Shown here: in pieces, positions 26,165 through 39,658 of the stretch
How positions within the stretch are numbered: position 1 is the stretch's first letter
Layout of the letters: the number at the start of each line of letters is the position of its first letter
NCBI GenBank assembly: GCA_964016885.1
Contig: OZ024743.1
Span: 214,458,001 to 214,522,000 of the forward strand
DNA: 64,000 nucleotides
Origin: Eledone cirrhosa
Lineage: Eukaryota
Reading direction: 5' to 3'
Program-made: the position numbers and the translations under genes
Notes under the pieces: generated by a model
The model's input: the letters and a program-made list of their open reading frames with translations, nothing else
What the model was told of the DNA's origin: nothing
Database searches by the model: none

Positions 26165-27172
26165 ATACTTGGGGAGGGTCATATTTGTGTAATATTGCCA
26201 GAATTAATAACAGAACACACTCACTGTTTGGTTGTTCTTCGCTTTTCGCTTCTGTGTCTTTTATATCGATAATCTAATTTATTCGGTTCTCAATGTTGCC
26301 ATTGACTGACCGGCGGTCAAAAATAATACAGATACAGTATAGATACAAACACATGTATATAGTTTATCAGACTTCTTTCGTTGCACATCTGCAACAGCGT
26401 CAGTGGTGCTATTGTTTCCTCCCGTTGCATTGTATGTCTACGCCATTTTTATTTAGTTTGTCTATATATTTATTTATTTATTTATTTGTTTGTTCATTTT
26501 ATTTGTCTTCTTTGCGCATGCGTTTTCGTGTGTGTATACTGTTTTGTTTGATGTGTGTTCGTGATTAGGTGACTAGTGTGTGTTTATATGTGTTTGTTGT
26601 TATTGTGCTTGTGTATGTATTTATTTATTTATTTATCTATTTATTTATTTATTTATCTATTTATTTATTTATTTATATATTTATTTATTCATTTATACTT
26701 CTCTTAGGTCAGTGTTGTTTGTTTGGGTGTTGTTGTTATTCCATTCATTCTTTCTGTTTAGTCTTGGTCTTCTAAGTTCTATTTCACTGGCCTCTCTGAT
26801 TTGCCTATCTGCTTGGTCATTTCTATGTTTAGATATTATTCTAATTTCTATGTTGTCTATGTTACCGTCGTGTTGTTGTCTGGCATGTTCGTATAGTACT
26901 GACCCGTTTTTTCGTCCTTTTAGTTCCCCCCAGTGTTGGTCTATCATTTCACCTATGCTACGAGCTGTCTTCTCTATGTATGTCGTTGTCATGTTTCTGC
27001 AAGTACCCTCTGTACATCTTATGCTATAGACTACGTTTCTAGTTTTACAGTTTATCCGGGGGGTTTACCTTACATATGATACATTTCCTATTAGTACAGT
27101 GGGTTTTCTTTAAAGGGTAGGTTTTGCTGATCAGGGATTTTATGGTGGTTCCTCGCTTTTCTACCACCTTGG
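26160..27172 (-). mobile_element. PLE-4: 3' remnant (GIY-YIG + pLTR) of a family related to PLE-3
   Basis: ORFs 27045-27281 (CTNRKCIIC) and 26693-26992 (TYIEKTARSIG..HW..LYEHA..RPRLNRK). The terminus ttgttatacttgggga resembles the PLE-3 end. A degenerate HHR lies at about 26366-26407. Confidence 0.8.
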
Positions 27173-27499
27173 TGTACATTATTCGATATTTCCAGCAAAA
27201 TATGTATGTGTGTGTGTCGGCACGTTTATATCTATAGACATCAAAAGGTATGCAAATTTGTGTATATTTGTGTTGCACCATAGAACATGTGTGTTTACGT
27301 ATGTCATTGTGTTTATATGTGGATAGAGATGTATGTAGGATGTATGCTGATGTAGGTATGTATGTTGACGTGTGTAGGTTGTGGATTCGTGTTAGGGAGA
27401 AGTGTTTTGACGAGGTCCGTATTTGTTAAAAATGTGAGATTCCTTGCTGATGCGCTGGGTGTGGGTGGCATTATTTTTAAATTTGTATATATATATATA

Positions 27500-27625
27500 T
27501 ATGTTGATGCCCTAAGGACAGACACTGGTCTGTTGGAGATGCAGGACATGGCAGCGATAATGAGGGACAGAGACCGCTGGAGAGAACTCGTCCATGGATC
27601 TCGGGAATTTTACCCGCCTTTGATA
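27500..27625 (+). mobile_element. Short 3' fragment of an RTE-like LINE
   Basis: [26 protein letters not shown] is a typical RTE C-terminal motif. Flanked by (TA)n. Confidence 0.5.
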
Positions 27626-27643
27626 GATATATATATATAAACA

Positions 27644-27695
<52 letters not shown>

Positions 27696-27726
27696 TATAT
27701 ATGTATATATATACATATATATACAT

Positions 27727-27761
<35 letters not shown>

Positions 27762-27802
27762 CATACATATGTATATATATATATACATACATACATACAT
27801 AC

Positions 27803-27878
<76 letters not shown>

Positions 27879-28113
27879 TCGTATATATATATATATACAC
27901 ACATATATATGTATGTATTAGGTATAGGATTATCCTGGATGCAGTAATGGTTAATTGCTACACTGGATAGGGTTGACGTACTGTGAGGGGTTACTCAACG
28001 AGTTATGGAAGAATAGTTGAAGAAACTTAGTTCCTGATCTTTCTGTATTCCGAAGTGTAGATAAAGGATGAATAATAACAGGTAGACATCATGAAAAGGT
28101 AATTTATTATGTG

Positions 28114-28225
28114 TGCTTACAAATGTTTCCACGGTGGTTATACAGCCTAGCTATACTATGTGCAAATTTATAACTATTTGCAAAACTCAATAATCAAATG
28201 CTGTTACCACTGTATCATCAGAGCA
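28114..28225 (-). ncRNA. Type I hammerhead ribozyme with long stem II in a solo pLTR fragment (about 27918-28410)
   Basis: Minus strand: tgct-CTGATGA-tacagtggta...taaccaccgtg-GAAA-catttG-TA-agca, followed by AATAAA. Confidence 0.8.
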
Positions 28226-28411
28226 GAATGGTTAAAATGTAAAATTTAAATACCCTTAAGTGATGTTATTGGCGAAGTTAAAGTAGAAAAGGAAGAGAGA
28301 AAGAAGGGGAGAGGGAGAAAGAGAGAGATATGCAGGCGCTGGAGAAATTGGAGAGAGTGGTTTGTAGAACACAGATACCTTAATCAAAATGTTGTGGTAG
28401 GGTATATACGT

Positions 28412-28503
<92 letters not shown>

Positions 28504-28706
28504 ACAGATTAAAGTTTAAGCGAAGAATCGCTGCTTTCACCCTTAACGGGAACATCTGAAACTAACAATGTCAATCTGTAAACGCAGAACTGGGTATTTC
28601 AAAAAACGTTGCAACCGGAGGAAGACAGGAAGACGATACTTTGGTTCGTGGAAACGTTCGCTGGCAAAGAACGGGAAAAAACGAATAATACGTCATTAAT
28701 AGGAAG

Positions 28707-28800
28707 ACCCCGACGGCTGAGCTCAAGCCGTTTCGACGGCTGATTCTGGATTGAATGAACACATATTCTGGTATTTAAATAGCCGAGCTTATCAAGGGGT
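28707..28800 (-). ncRNA. U3-A8 hammerhead copy in the PLE-5 inverted arm
   Basis: Reverse complement of 34252-34345 with an intact acccc/ggggt stem I. Confidence 0.78.
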
Positions 28801-30592
28801 AATTCCATATATGGTCAAAGAGATAATCCCCAGGATTAGTCACATCACAAGTTAGTAGTAAATCTGTGATGGCGAATTGGTGGGGGAAGGGGTAGCTAAA
28901 CCTGCCGGTAGGAGAAAAAGGGAGTGGGGGTGGAGTAGACCCATTCATGCGTTGGTAGTGCCGGCTACAACTGGGCGTGAGGTCAAAGAGGATACTGGGG
29001 AGTTGGGAGGGGGAGGAAGTCGAAACGGTAAGTAGAACAATGAAGTGTAAAACTATAAAAAGTACTGAGAGAGAAAAAACATAAGCAAAGTCTGCTTACT
29101 AAGACTGAAGTCTCTCGCTATTGCTAGGCAATAGAAATACATAAATAAATAAATAAACAAATAAGTGAATAAAAGAATATATAAATAAATAAAAAAAAAA
29201 TATATATATAATGAAGAATATAAAAAGAGTAATAATAATAAAAATAAACTAGGTGGGACGGAAATAAAGGGACCCTTATACGAGGTATAAGCTCGTGTAT
29301 CGTACGGTGACGGGTCAACAAGGGGGGGGGGGCAAAATACTAATGAGACTACCACGAAATAATAAAGGTTTCTACCCCAATCACAGGGCCAGCAACCACC
29401 CAGTGCAAGAAAGTAAACTAGTACGAGAATATAATTCAGGGTCCCGCAAAAATATACTAGTGCTAACTCTAAGGGTACCGCCACGAAACAAAAAGTCTTA
29501 TACAAGCTACATGAAAGATCGTACGAAGTAAAAGTAAAGAACGGAAAATTAATACAGAAACACTCCCCCGGCCAAAAAAAAAGGGAAAAAGAAGAAAGAA
29601 ATACTGGATAAACGAGAAATTAAAGCAAAGATGCCACTAAGAACTATAGAAGGCACGGAAAAAAGGGACAGCGGTCGGAGAAGGGGGCAAGTATCCGAAG
29701 TCTAACACCTCTGCTATAAAAAGCGGAGTCAGCCAAATCTATCATAGAATAGGGGAGGCGGTGGGGGTGCTGAAGCTACAAGGGACCGAGGGGCTACCTC
29801 GGGTGGGCGAGAAAAAGACGACGACAAAGAAAGGGAACTGGGGTAGAAGGACTAGGGAGGGATGGAGGGAAGGAGGAAATATAGAGGAAACGATAAAAGA
29901 ATGTAAAAGAAGATCTTACGTCTCCATTGGCAAGCAGGGATTACCCATTACAAAATAGGCAAGTGAGGTGTTATAGCCCTAGTCACCCCCCCCCCCCCCC
30001 CGGGTCATTATGGGGTTTGAGGGCGAGGTAAGTCCTACGTAATCGGTGTTTACATGCAGTAACCAGTTCATATTTCTTGTTTAGGAGTTGGTCCGTCGAA
30101 AACAGCATTTGTAAAGTTTCATCCGAGCATAAATTGCACGGACGGCGTCCTCCCGTGTAAGAGTTGGCTCTGGACAGTAATTTCCAAGTGAGATCATAAT
30201 TGATGTTGTTGTCCTTGAGGTCCCATATGTGGCCCGAAAGTGTAGTGGCGTGACGCCGGGCCGGGTTTCGGAAGGTATGTCTGTGTTGGTATAGCCGGGT
30301 CTTGAAGTCACATGCGGTTAATCCTATATAAGCTTTTATAGTTTTACCCTTTATTGTTCTACTTGCCGTTTCGCCTTCCTCCCCCTCCCCCTCCCCCGTA
30401 TCCTCTTTGACCTCACGCCCAGCTGTAGCCGGCACTACCAACGCATGAATGGGTCTACTCCACCCTCGCCCCCATTTTCTCCTACCGGCAGGTTTAACTA
30501 CCCCTTCCCCCACCAATTTGCCATCACAGATTTACTACTAACTTGTGATGTGACCAATCCTGGTGATTATCTCTTTGACCATATATGGAATT

Positions 30593-30686
30593 ACCCCTTG
30601 ATAAGCTCGGCTATTTAAATACCAGAAGAAATTTTCATTCAGTCCAGAATTAGCCGTCGAAACGGCTTGAGCTCAGCCGTCAGGTT
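30593..30686 (+). ncRNA. U3-A8 hammerhead copy in the PLE-5 5' pLTR (stem I degenerate)
   Basis: Same core TTGATAA/GAAA/GTC. The 3' strand of stem I is aggtt instead of ggggt. Confidence 0.7.
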
Positions 30687-30871
30687 CTTACTTGTTCCTA
30701 TTACCCACTCTACTACCCTAAGTATTGAGTACTTTGGTGCGTTATGGTCCACCTGGTTCCTTACCACATTTCCTTCGTTATATAGCTCCTATCCCCGTAG
30801 TAGAGCCTTTTCCGACCCTACCACGCCGTATTCAGACTTTTCCGCTAAGCTCAATTTCTTTCAACCGCACC

Positions 30872-33042
30872 ATGCGAAAACACAACAACTACTTCTCTAC
30901 CAAGAACACCCCAATCCCACCGAAAAAACATTACCTTCGGATGCTCACGTAAAAAAATCGATCTATTTGCGAAAAGACTTAGATGGAGAACTTCTTTCTT
31001 CGACAGATTTTGCGACAATCAGGACTTCGGTACTAAGGAGTGATTCGGATTTATTACCTACAAATCCCCCCCCCCCCCCCCCCCCGAACCCTTTGCTCTC
31101 ACCCTTCGAGAATGACCTCTTCCAACTGGTCAAGAACCTTAAATTCAAACCCAGACACAACCGATTCCTACAAAAACTCCGTAGCAACTTAACAGAGTAT
31201 GATAACACCAATGACATCATGGTGCATTCGGATAAAACTGGGAACCTATACTTTGTCAACACCGACATATACCACACACTGATCAGGAGCAGCCTAAACT
31301 CCACCTATAAAAAGGCTAACCACTCATGCATCGAGGACATTAATCGAGATGGACAACAAATTACCTCCAGCCTCGGGGTCGCCGACCGCATCGAACCCCT
31401 AGACCCACGGACACCCTACTTCACAATGAAGGACCACAAATCCGATTTCGACCGTAAACCATCTATCAGGCTTATAAACCCAACGAAGTTCGACATAGGG
31501 AGAATCAGCAAAAAAATCCTAGACCACGTGATACCAAAAGTTAAGCAACACGCCCGACTTAGCCTATGGATCAACACTCAGGAAGTTATCTCATGGTTCA
31601 GCAATATGGAGGATAAACGAGACACTAAATTTATCCAGTTCGACATAGAGAGCTACTATGCTTCAATCACCTTACCGCTACTTACTGCCGTCTTGGACTT
31701 CGCCGAAACACTTGTGCCCATCACCGACCAGGAAAGAAAAATCATCCTCCACGCCAGGAAGACAGTCGTACTCTTTGACAACTCCAAATGGATAAAAAGA
31801 GCACCCAACTCACCCTTCGACGTCAGCATGGGCGCTACGGATTCGGCGGAGGTCACAGATCTTATAGGATTATTCCTTATAGCCAAACTCACCGATGTGT
31901 TTCCTGCTTTCGGTGGTGGATGGTACCGTGATGATGGGCTCCTTACCCTTAACGAGTACAACCCCAGTAGTACAGATCGGGTCCGTAAACAATTAATCAG
32001 CTTCTTCCGCGACGGGGGATTTAAAATAACCCTACAAACGTCCCTGACCCGAGTTAATTTCCTGGACGTTACCCTCGATCTCAATAATGACCTGTACTAC
32101 CCATACAAGAAACCCAATGACAACCTGCACTACATCGACCGCCGATCTAACCATCCTAGGAACATCACGAACAACCTGGTCAAAAACATCTCCCTCCGCA
32201 TATCCCGTTTGTCAGCTAATGAGAAGATATTCGATGAACATGCGCCTTACTACAACCAGGCCCTCAAGCGGAGTGGTTTCCGGGAGGAAATATCCTACTG
32301 CCCAGCTCCCATTAGCGGAACCAGCAGGCGACACCGCCGCTCACGCAATGTAACATGGTTCAATCCTCCCCACAACGCCGAGGTGACAACTCCCATCGGG
32401 AAAATTTTCTTTAGGCTCATTGAAAAACACTTCCCACCACAACACCGCTACCACAACATAATTAACAAAAATACCATCAAACTCTCTTACAGCACTACAC
32501 CTAACTTCGCACAAAACATCGTCTCCTCCAACAACAAAAAACTCAACCCCGATGGAAGAAACAACCTAAATAGCAGTGGAGAGCCGACCAGGAGGTGCAA
32601 CTGTCCTGACAGATCCAGTTGCCCCCTCGACAACAGATGCAGAGACCGTAATGTGATCTACCAGCGCAACGTGAGCAAGGACACCTCCAACAAAGCTTAT
32701 GTAGGATTAACCGCATGTGACTTCAAGACCCGGCTATACCAACACAGACATACCTTCCGAAACCCGGCCCGGCGTCACGCCACTACACTTTCGGGCCACA
32801 TATGGGACCTCAAGGACAACAAAATCAACTATGATCTCACTTGGAAATTACTGTCCAGAGCCAACTCTTACACGGGAGGACGCCGTCCGTGCAATTTATG
32901 CTCGGAGGAAACTTTACAAATGCTGTTTTCGACGGACCAACTCCTAAACAAGAAAGATGAACTGGTTACTGCATGTAAACACCGATTACGTAGGACTTAC
33001 CTCGCCCTCAAACCCCATAATGACCCGGGGGGGGGGGGGTAG
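30872..33042 (+). pseudogene. PLE RT-GIY-YIG polyprotein; RT+EN open from about 31085 but the N-terminus is frameshifted
   Basis: HSDKTGNLY, RLINP, FIQFDIESYYASI, MGATDSAEVTDLIG, WYRDD (31921-31935), CNCPDRSSCPL..C, VIY..AYVGLT..FKTR..H..H, CNLC, CKH. The likely true start is ATG 30872 (STKNTPIPP), in another frame. Confidence 0.88.
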
Positions 33043-33831
33043 ACTAGGGCTATAAAACCCCACTTGCCTATTTTGTAATGGGTGACCCTGCTTGCCAAGG
33101 GAGACGTAAGATCTTCTTTTACATTCTTTTATCGTTTCCTCTATATTTCCTCCTTCCCACCATCCCTCCCTAGTCCTTCTACCCCAGTTCCTTTTCTTTG
33201 TCATCGTTTTTTTCTCGCCCACCCGAGGTAGCCCCTCGGTCCCTTGTAGCTTCAGCACCCCCACCCCCTCCCCTATTCTATGATAGATTTGGCTGACTCC
33301 GCTTTTTATAGCAGAGGTGTTAGACTTCGGATACTTGCCCCCTTCTCCGACCGCTGTCCCTTGTTTCCGTGCCTTCTATATTTCTTAGTGGCATCTTTGC
33401 TTTAATTTCTCGTTTATCCAGTATTTCTTTCTTCTTTTTCCCTTTTATTTTGGGTGGGTGGGGTGGGTGGGTGTGTTTCTGTATTAATTTTCCGTTCTTT
33501 ACTTTTACTGCGTACGATCTTTCATGTAGCTTGTATAAGACTTTTTGTTTCGTGGCGGTACCCTTAGAGTTAGCACTAGTATATTTTTGCGGGACCCTGA
33601 ATAATATTCTCGTACTAGTTTACTTTCTTGCACTGGGTGGTTGCTGGCCCTGTGATTGGGGTAGAAACCTTTATTATTTCATGGTAGTCTCTTAGTATTT
33701 TGGCCCCCCCCCCCTTGTTGACCCGTCACCGTACGATACACGCACTTATACCTCGTATAAGGGTCCCTTTATTTCCGTCCCACCTAGTTTATTTTTATTA
33801 TTATTATTATTTTTTGTTATTCTTCATTATA

Positions 33832-33863
<32 letters not shown>

Positions 33864-34251
33864 TTTATTTATATATTCTTTTATTCACTTATTTGTTCAT
33901 TTATTTATTTATGTATTTCTTTTGCCTAGCAATAGCGAGAGACTTAATTCTTAGTAACCAGACTTTGCTTATTTTTTTTCTCTCTCAGTACTTTTTATAG
34001 TTTTACACTACATTGTTCTACTTACCGTTTCGACTTCCTCCCCCTCCCCCTCCCCAGTATCCTTTTTGACCTCACGCCCAGCTGTAGCCGGCACTACCAA
34101 CGCATGAATGGGTCTACTCCATCCCCTCACCCTTTTTCTCCTACCGGCAGGTTTAGCTACCCCTTCCTCCACCAATTTGCCATCACAGATTTACTACTAA
34201 CTTGTGATGTGACCAATCCTGGTGATTATCCCTTTGACCATATATGGAATT

Positions 34252-34345
34252 ACCCCTTGATAAGCTCGGCTATTTAAATACCAGAATATATTTTCATTCA
34301 ATCCAGAATTAGCCGTCGAAACGGCTTGAGCTCAGCCGTCGGGGT
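34252..34345 (+). ncRNA. Type I hammerhead ribozyme with a U3-A8 core variant (PLE-5 3' pLTR)
   Basis: acccc-TTGATAA-gctcggcta...tagccgtc-GAAA-cggct(tgagctc)agccG-TC-ggggt. Stems I, II and III all pair, and the cleavage triplet GUC is at 34338-34340. Confidence 0.8.
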
Positions 34346-36849
34346 CTTACTTGTTCTTATTACCCAGTGTACTACCCTAAGTATTGAGTACTTTGGTGCG
34401 TTATGGTACACCTGGTTCCTTACCACATTTCCTTCGTTATATATATATATATAGAGAGAGAGATTACAATAATCAAAGTTCAGTTTAAATCATTTATTTG
34501 CTTAAAATTGTTTCCTCCAAACCGAGGTTTGGATTCTTCGGTGCAACTATTTAGTTATCTATAACATACTTGACCTCCTTTTCAACACAAGAGACGTATA
34601 AAACATATGCACATATTGATCCAGAGTGGGATGACATCCATCAAAATGATATAGCATGGCAATTTACATATAAAGGTTAAAGGATAAAAAAGCAAGAGGA
34701 AAGTTTAGAATAGTCTGTGTATGAAACAATCTCACGTGTAGCATGCACGCGTGTCTTATTTATACAGGATTGGCATTATCAGTAAAAAAAATCTTGATAA
34801 AATCATCCCACAGATTAAACACAAGATTTACCTTCAACAATGGGGAAATACGGGTGAAGTGATTGCATGGTTAAAAAATATCAAAGATACCAAGGATAAA
34901 AAAATGTATTCAATTTGATATCAATTCTTACTACACCTCTATTTCCCCTATCCTACTAAATAAGGCACTTATAATGGCCATGGACAATAGCGACCTGACT
35001 AGACCCCAGATTGATGTCATACTTGCGGCCCGTAAAACACTAATCACCTTTGAAGACCAATTATGGACCCGCAAAGATACGCAAAACAACTTCGACATTC
35101 CATGGGGTCTAGTGACTCAGCGCAGGTCACTGATTTAGTCGGCCTATATTTACTTAACCAAATCCATAAGGACCTTCCTTACCTCAGCGGTCGTTTGTAT
35201 CGCGACGATGCACTACTCTTATAGATTATAAAAAATTCAATATAGAAAGAACTAGAAAACTATTGCACAAAACATTCAAAAACTATAACCTTAGTATTAC
35301 CATGGACAAAAACACCAAAAACGTCAACTTCCTAGACGCCACACTCTACCTAGACTCAATGATATATGCACCTTTCCACAAACCTAATGAAAAACTCATC
35401 TACGTAGATACCAAGTCTAACCACCCTAGATCTATATTAAACCCTATCTCTAAGGGAGTATCAAATAGAATCTCTAATCTATCCTATGACATAAACACAT
35501 TTAACAATAACTCGCAGTATTATAATCAGGCATTAGCTAGATCAGTCCATAATACAGGGATAGAGTTCCTACCTACAAAAACGCATAGCTACGACATTAT
35601 TTCACACAACATGTCCATGGGAAAATTTAATAATTGGAATAGCAACCACACACACACTAATAGAGATGGTAACAACAAAAGTAACCCACACCACAGAAAT
35701 TACCATAGTAGCATTAAAGGAAACAAATCACCAGACATAAAAACAGAAATAGAAGAAGAAATAATACATTTTTCAACCCTCCTTTCAATCTAAACGTCTC
35801 TAACAACCTACCTAGGGCTTTCTTCTCACTACTGGATAAACACTTCCCATCCGGCCTTTTAAACAAAACCACTATTAAAATCTCATACTCTACTACGCCT
35901 AACTCAGCATACCACATAGCTAGTAGCAATAAAAGAAAAATTAATTCGTACTTCCAACAAACTAAATCACAACAGACGATAAACCTTCATAATAACATTC
36001 AAAATAACATTATAGCAACTAACCATAATATCAATGGAAATAATAGTATTAGTACTAGTGTAAACATTAACGCTGCGAACGACAACCCACATAACCATAA
36101 CCCTATAGCTAACATCCAAACTTCTACACAGCATAGTAACCAGCAGACTAGCACCAATAATAATTGTAACTGTAGATCAAATAGAACCTGCCCTTTAGAT
36201 AAAAAATGCTTAACCAAGGATATCATATACTCATGTACAGTCACAACTAACAACTCTTCTGAAACCTATATAGGCTCTACTTCTAACTGCTTCAAAATTA
36301 GATACAATTCGCACTTCCACTCTTTCAAAAAACACAGTCTAGCCAACTCCACTTCACTATCTAGCTACATACACTATCTAAAAACTAAAAATAAAATATA
36401 TACACTTAAATGGGAAGTGGTAGGTAGTGCAACATCGTACAAACCACCTAATACATTTTGTAACCTCTGTCTACTAGAGACCCATACTATCATTTTCTCT
36501 AACCATAATCTCCTTAATAAAAAATCAGAAGTGTTCGCATCTTGCCAACACCGCTTCCGACACTCTTTCCAAAACTTTAAACCCTATATATAACAATGTC
36601 AGACTGGAACCATCACCACCCCTAGCAATTAGCAATATTAGCACACCTTACACCTCATCTCCACACCCATTTATATACTCTAAGGGTAATACTGGCAGCA
36701 TTATAGTACCAGCTACCCTGGGGATACCCCCGTGTACTTCTAATTCTGATATCTCGGCCGTGGATTACTTAAACTGCATTGCACAAATATGTGATTAATA
36801 TGTGACTATATATTCTATACGATCAGTACAATGATTTATGCACAGGTGA

Positions 36850-37660
36850 TACATGAGTTAGGAGTTTCTGTGTTGCTTGATGACCTGATTAGTATCTTTT
36901 GATGAGAGAACTGGCCCCCGGACCACCCTGGTGAATTTACCGGGGATGCAGTCATACAATGACCTGAAACTTGCCGGGAGTCTTGTATGATAATAAGACC
37001 ATTATTAGTAGTGAGACCCATATAATTAATTTTGTAGTCTGACTCTTCTTATAGATTGTCCAGGTGTGGTACTCCATATTAGATTGTAATCATCATGATA
37101 TGAACTCCTTTAGTACTTATTAATAGACTCCACTCTAATTTGTAGATAAGATACCTAATTTAATTTATATATGAGATGGGAGTTTATGTATTGCTTGATG
37201 GCCACACTGGTGTCCTTATATGAGAGATTTGATCTCCAGATTGTAATCATCATGATATCAACTCCTTTAGTACCTATTAATAGACTCTACTCTAATTTGT
37301 AGATAAGATACCTAATTTAATTTATATATGAGATGGGAGTTAATCTATTGCTTGATGGCCAGACTGGTGTCTTTATATGAGAAATTTGATCTCCGGACCA
37401 CCCTGGAGATATTCAGATTTACCAAGGATTCAGACATACAATGACCCAGAGCTTACCGGGAGTCATATATAATAATAGGACCATGCCAGGTCCTGCGGGA
37501 GGAATTACATTTACAAAGAACATTGATTTGGGGGTCTGACTCTTCTTATAGAATGTTCAGATATGACACCCCTTAATAGAAGGTAATCATCCTAATATAT
37601 ACACCTTAGTACTTCTTAATAGACAACACTGTAACCTATAAATAAGTAACATAATCTAGA
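36850..37660 (+). repeat. Tandem/segmental repeats in the PLE-6 3' UTR (about 158-bp unit plus related longer units)
   Basis: agattgtaatcatcatgata...gatctcc recurs at 37081 and 37239. ggaccaccctgg...ccgggagtc...gtctgactcttcttataga recurs at about 36920 and 37395. Confidence 0.75.
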
Positions 37661-38484
37661 AATTAGTTATAACATCATATGATAGGCACTTATTTGAAAC
37701 ACCATTAATGTAATTTAGGATAATAAATTTAACTAAGAAAACCAGCCAGTTACCTCCCCTTACGCATTAATTCCCCTTGGTCATAAAGACACTTCCGGAA
37801 TATAATATCATCACACAAAACTAAACAACATGATCTATTAATTAAGAATCGACAAGATACGGTTTATAACTTCGTTATATGTTGAACCATCGTGAATTAT
37901 ATGAGAGACCCGTGGTCTATATATTGCGTCTCATGGATTATGTGAGTGGTGGTGTGAGCGAAGACAGTGGTACTGTTTTGCCTACGCTATAATATGTTTT
38001 ATAATATGTTTGAAATATTTGATATTTTGGTGTTTCTCTACATTCGGGACTGTATATCATACAGGTGTATGCGAAAAAATGATTTAATAATTCAGCCCAC
38101 ATCATAATATCGATTGCCTGCTTCAACTGCCTGACCCTGCAAATAACAATCTGACGCACTCTAATCCTGTATAAATAAGACACGCGTGCATGCTACACAT
38201 GAGATTGTTTCATACACTGACTACTCTAAACTTTCCTCTTGCTTTATCTTCATAAGCTGCCAATGCTTCATTTTTATTTTCATTTTTATTTTTATTTTTA
38301 TTTTTATTTTTATTTTTATTTTTATTTTTATTTTTATTTTTATTTTTATCCTTTAACCTTTATATGAAAATTGCCCTGCTATATCATTTTGGTGGATTCC
38401 ATCCCACTGTGGATCAATATATGCATATGTTTTATGTCTCTTGTGTTGAAAAGGAGGTCAAGTATGTTATAGATCACTAAATAG

Positions 38485-38532
38485 TTGCTCCGAAGCATAC
38501 AAACCTCGGTTGGAGGAAACAATTGTAAGCAA
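38485..38532 (+). ncRNA. Degenerate minimal hammerhead in the PLE-6 pLTR (second copy at 34498-34546, minus strand)
   Basis: Consensus of both copies: ttgct-CCGAAGA-a-tccaaacc(tc)ggtttgga-g-GAAA-caattG-TA-agcaa, then AATAAA. Confidence 0.55.
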
Positions 38533-39010
38533 ATAAATGATTTAAACTGAACTTTGATTATTGTAATCTCTATATAACTGCTCTGTAAAACAATCGATGT
38601 TATTACATTGAGCTATTTATCTTACCGGTAATAAGATAGTAATTAATGACTATCTTTCACTATTTAGGGTTTGTATGAAAATTATATGAACATAAACGGT
38701 TTTATTACATACATAACCATAAATAGTATCCTTAATACTATATATATATGAGAAGAACCACAGACCCTCCATCTCAACTTACCTTTTGAAAAGCAGAAGA
38801 ACTGCGAAATCGGTAAAGGAACCAAATAAATATATATATTTAAAAAAAAAATAAGACTTCAGTTGCATTTTCGATTTCATCTCTTTTTCTTTATACTTTC
38901 AATCGTGTAGGATACCTCGGTTATTTTTCATTTTGTAAAAAAAACCTCACTTTCTAATATATATATATATATATACATACCTATATATATATACATTCAT
39001 ATATACATAT

Positions 39011-39075
<65 letters not shown>

Positions 39076-39180
39076 TACATATATACATACATACATATAT
39101 ATATTCATATATACCTACATACATATATATATATGCACATACATATATACATACATACATATATATGTGCATATACATAT

Positions 39181-39229
<49 letters not shown>

Positions 39230-39658
39230 CATATTTAAATACATATATATATATATACATACATACATATATATATATATATACATACATATATATATAT
39301 ATACATACATACATATATATATATACATACATATATATATATATACATACATACATATATATATACATACATACATATATATATATATACATACATACAT
39401 ATATATATACATACATACATATATATATACATACATACATATATATATATATACATACATACATATATATATATATATACATACATACATATATATATAT
39501 ATATACATACATATATATACATATATACATACATATATATATATATATAAATACATACATATATATATATATGTACATATATAAACATACATACATATAT
39601 ATAAATATATACACACATATATATATACACATACATACATATATAGACATATATACAT

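Larger units (their letters stand above)
28700..34444 (+). mobile_element. PLE-5: near-complete PLE with direct pLTRs and a 1.6-kb inverted 5' arm
   Basis: pLTRs at about 30333-30784 and 33991-34444. Bases 28700-30335 are the reverse complement of about 32693-34346. The element ends ttcgttaTATA into (TA)n. Confidence 0.93.
34455..38700 (+). mobile_element. PLE-6: 5'-truncated PLE related to PLE-1, with an inverted pLTR arm and a long repetitive 3' UTR
   Basis: About 34455-34767 is the reverse complement of about 38170-38572. Coding remnants at about 34770-36590 (LYRDD near 35195-35209, ORF 35263-35793, CNCRSNRTCPLDKKC, YIGST, CNLC). The right boundary is approximate. Confidence 0.85.

Noticed and set aside
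29983-30516. 177-aa ORF looking like a standalone GIY-YIG gene
   Set aside because: It is a chimera across the inversion junction at about 30333: antisense pLTR fused to the duplicated EN C-terminus.
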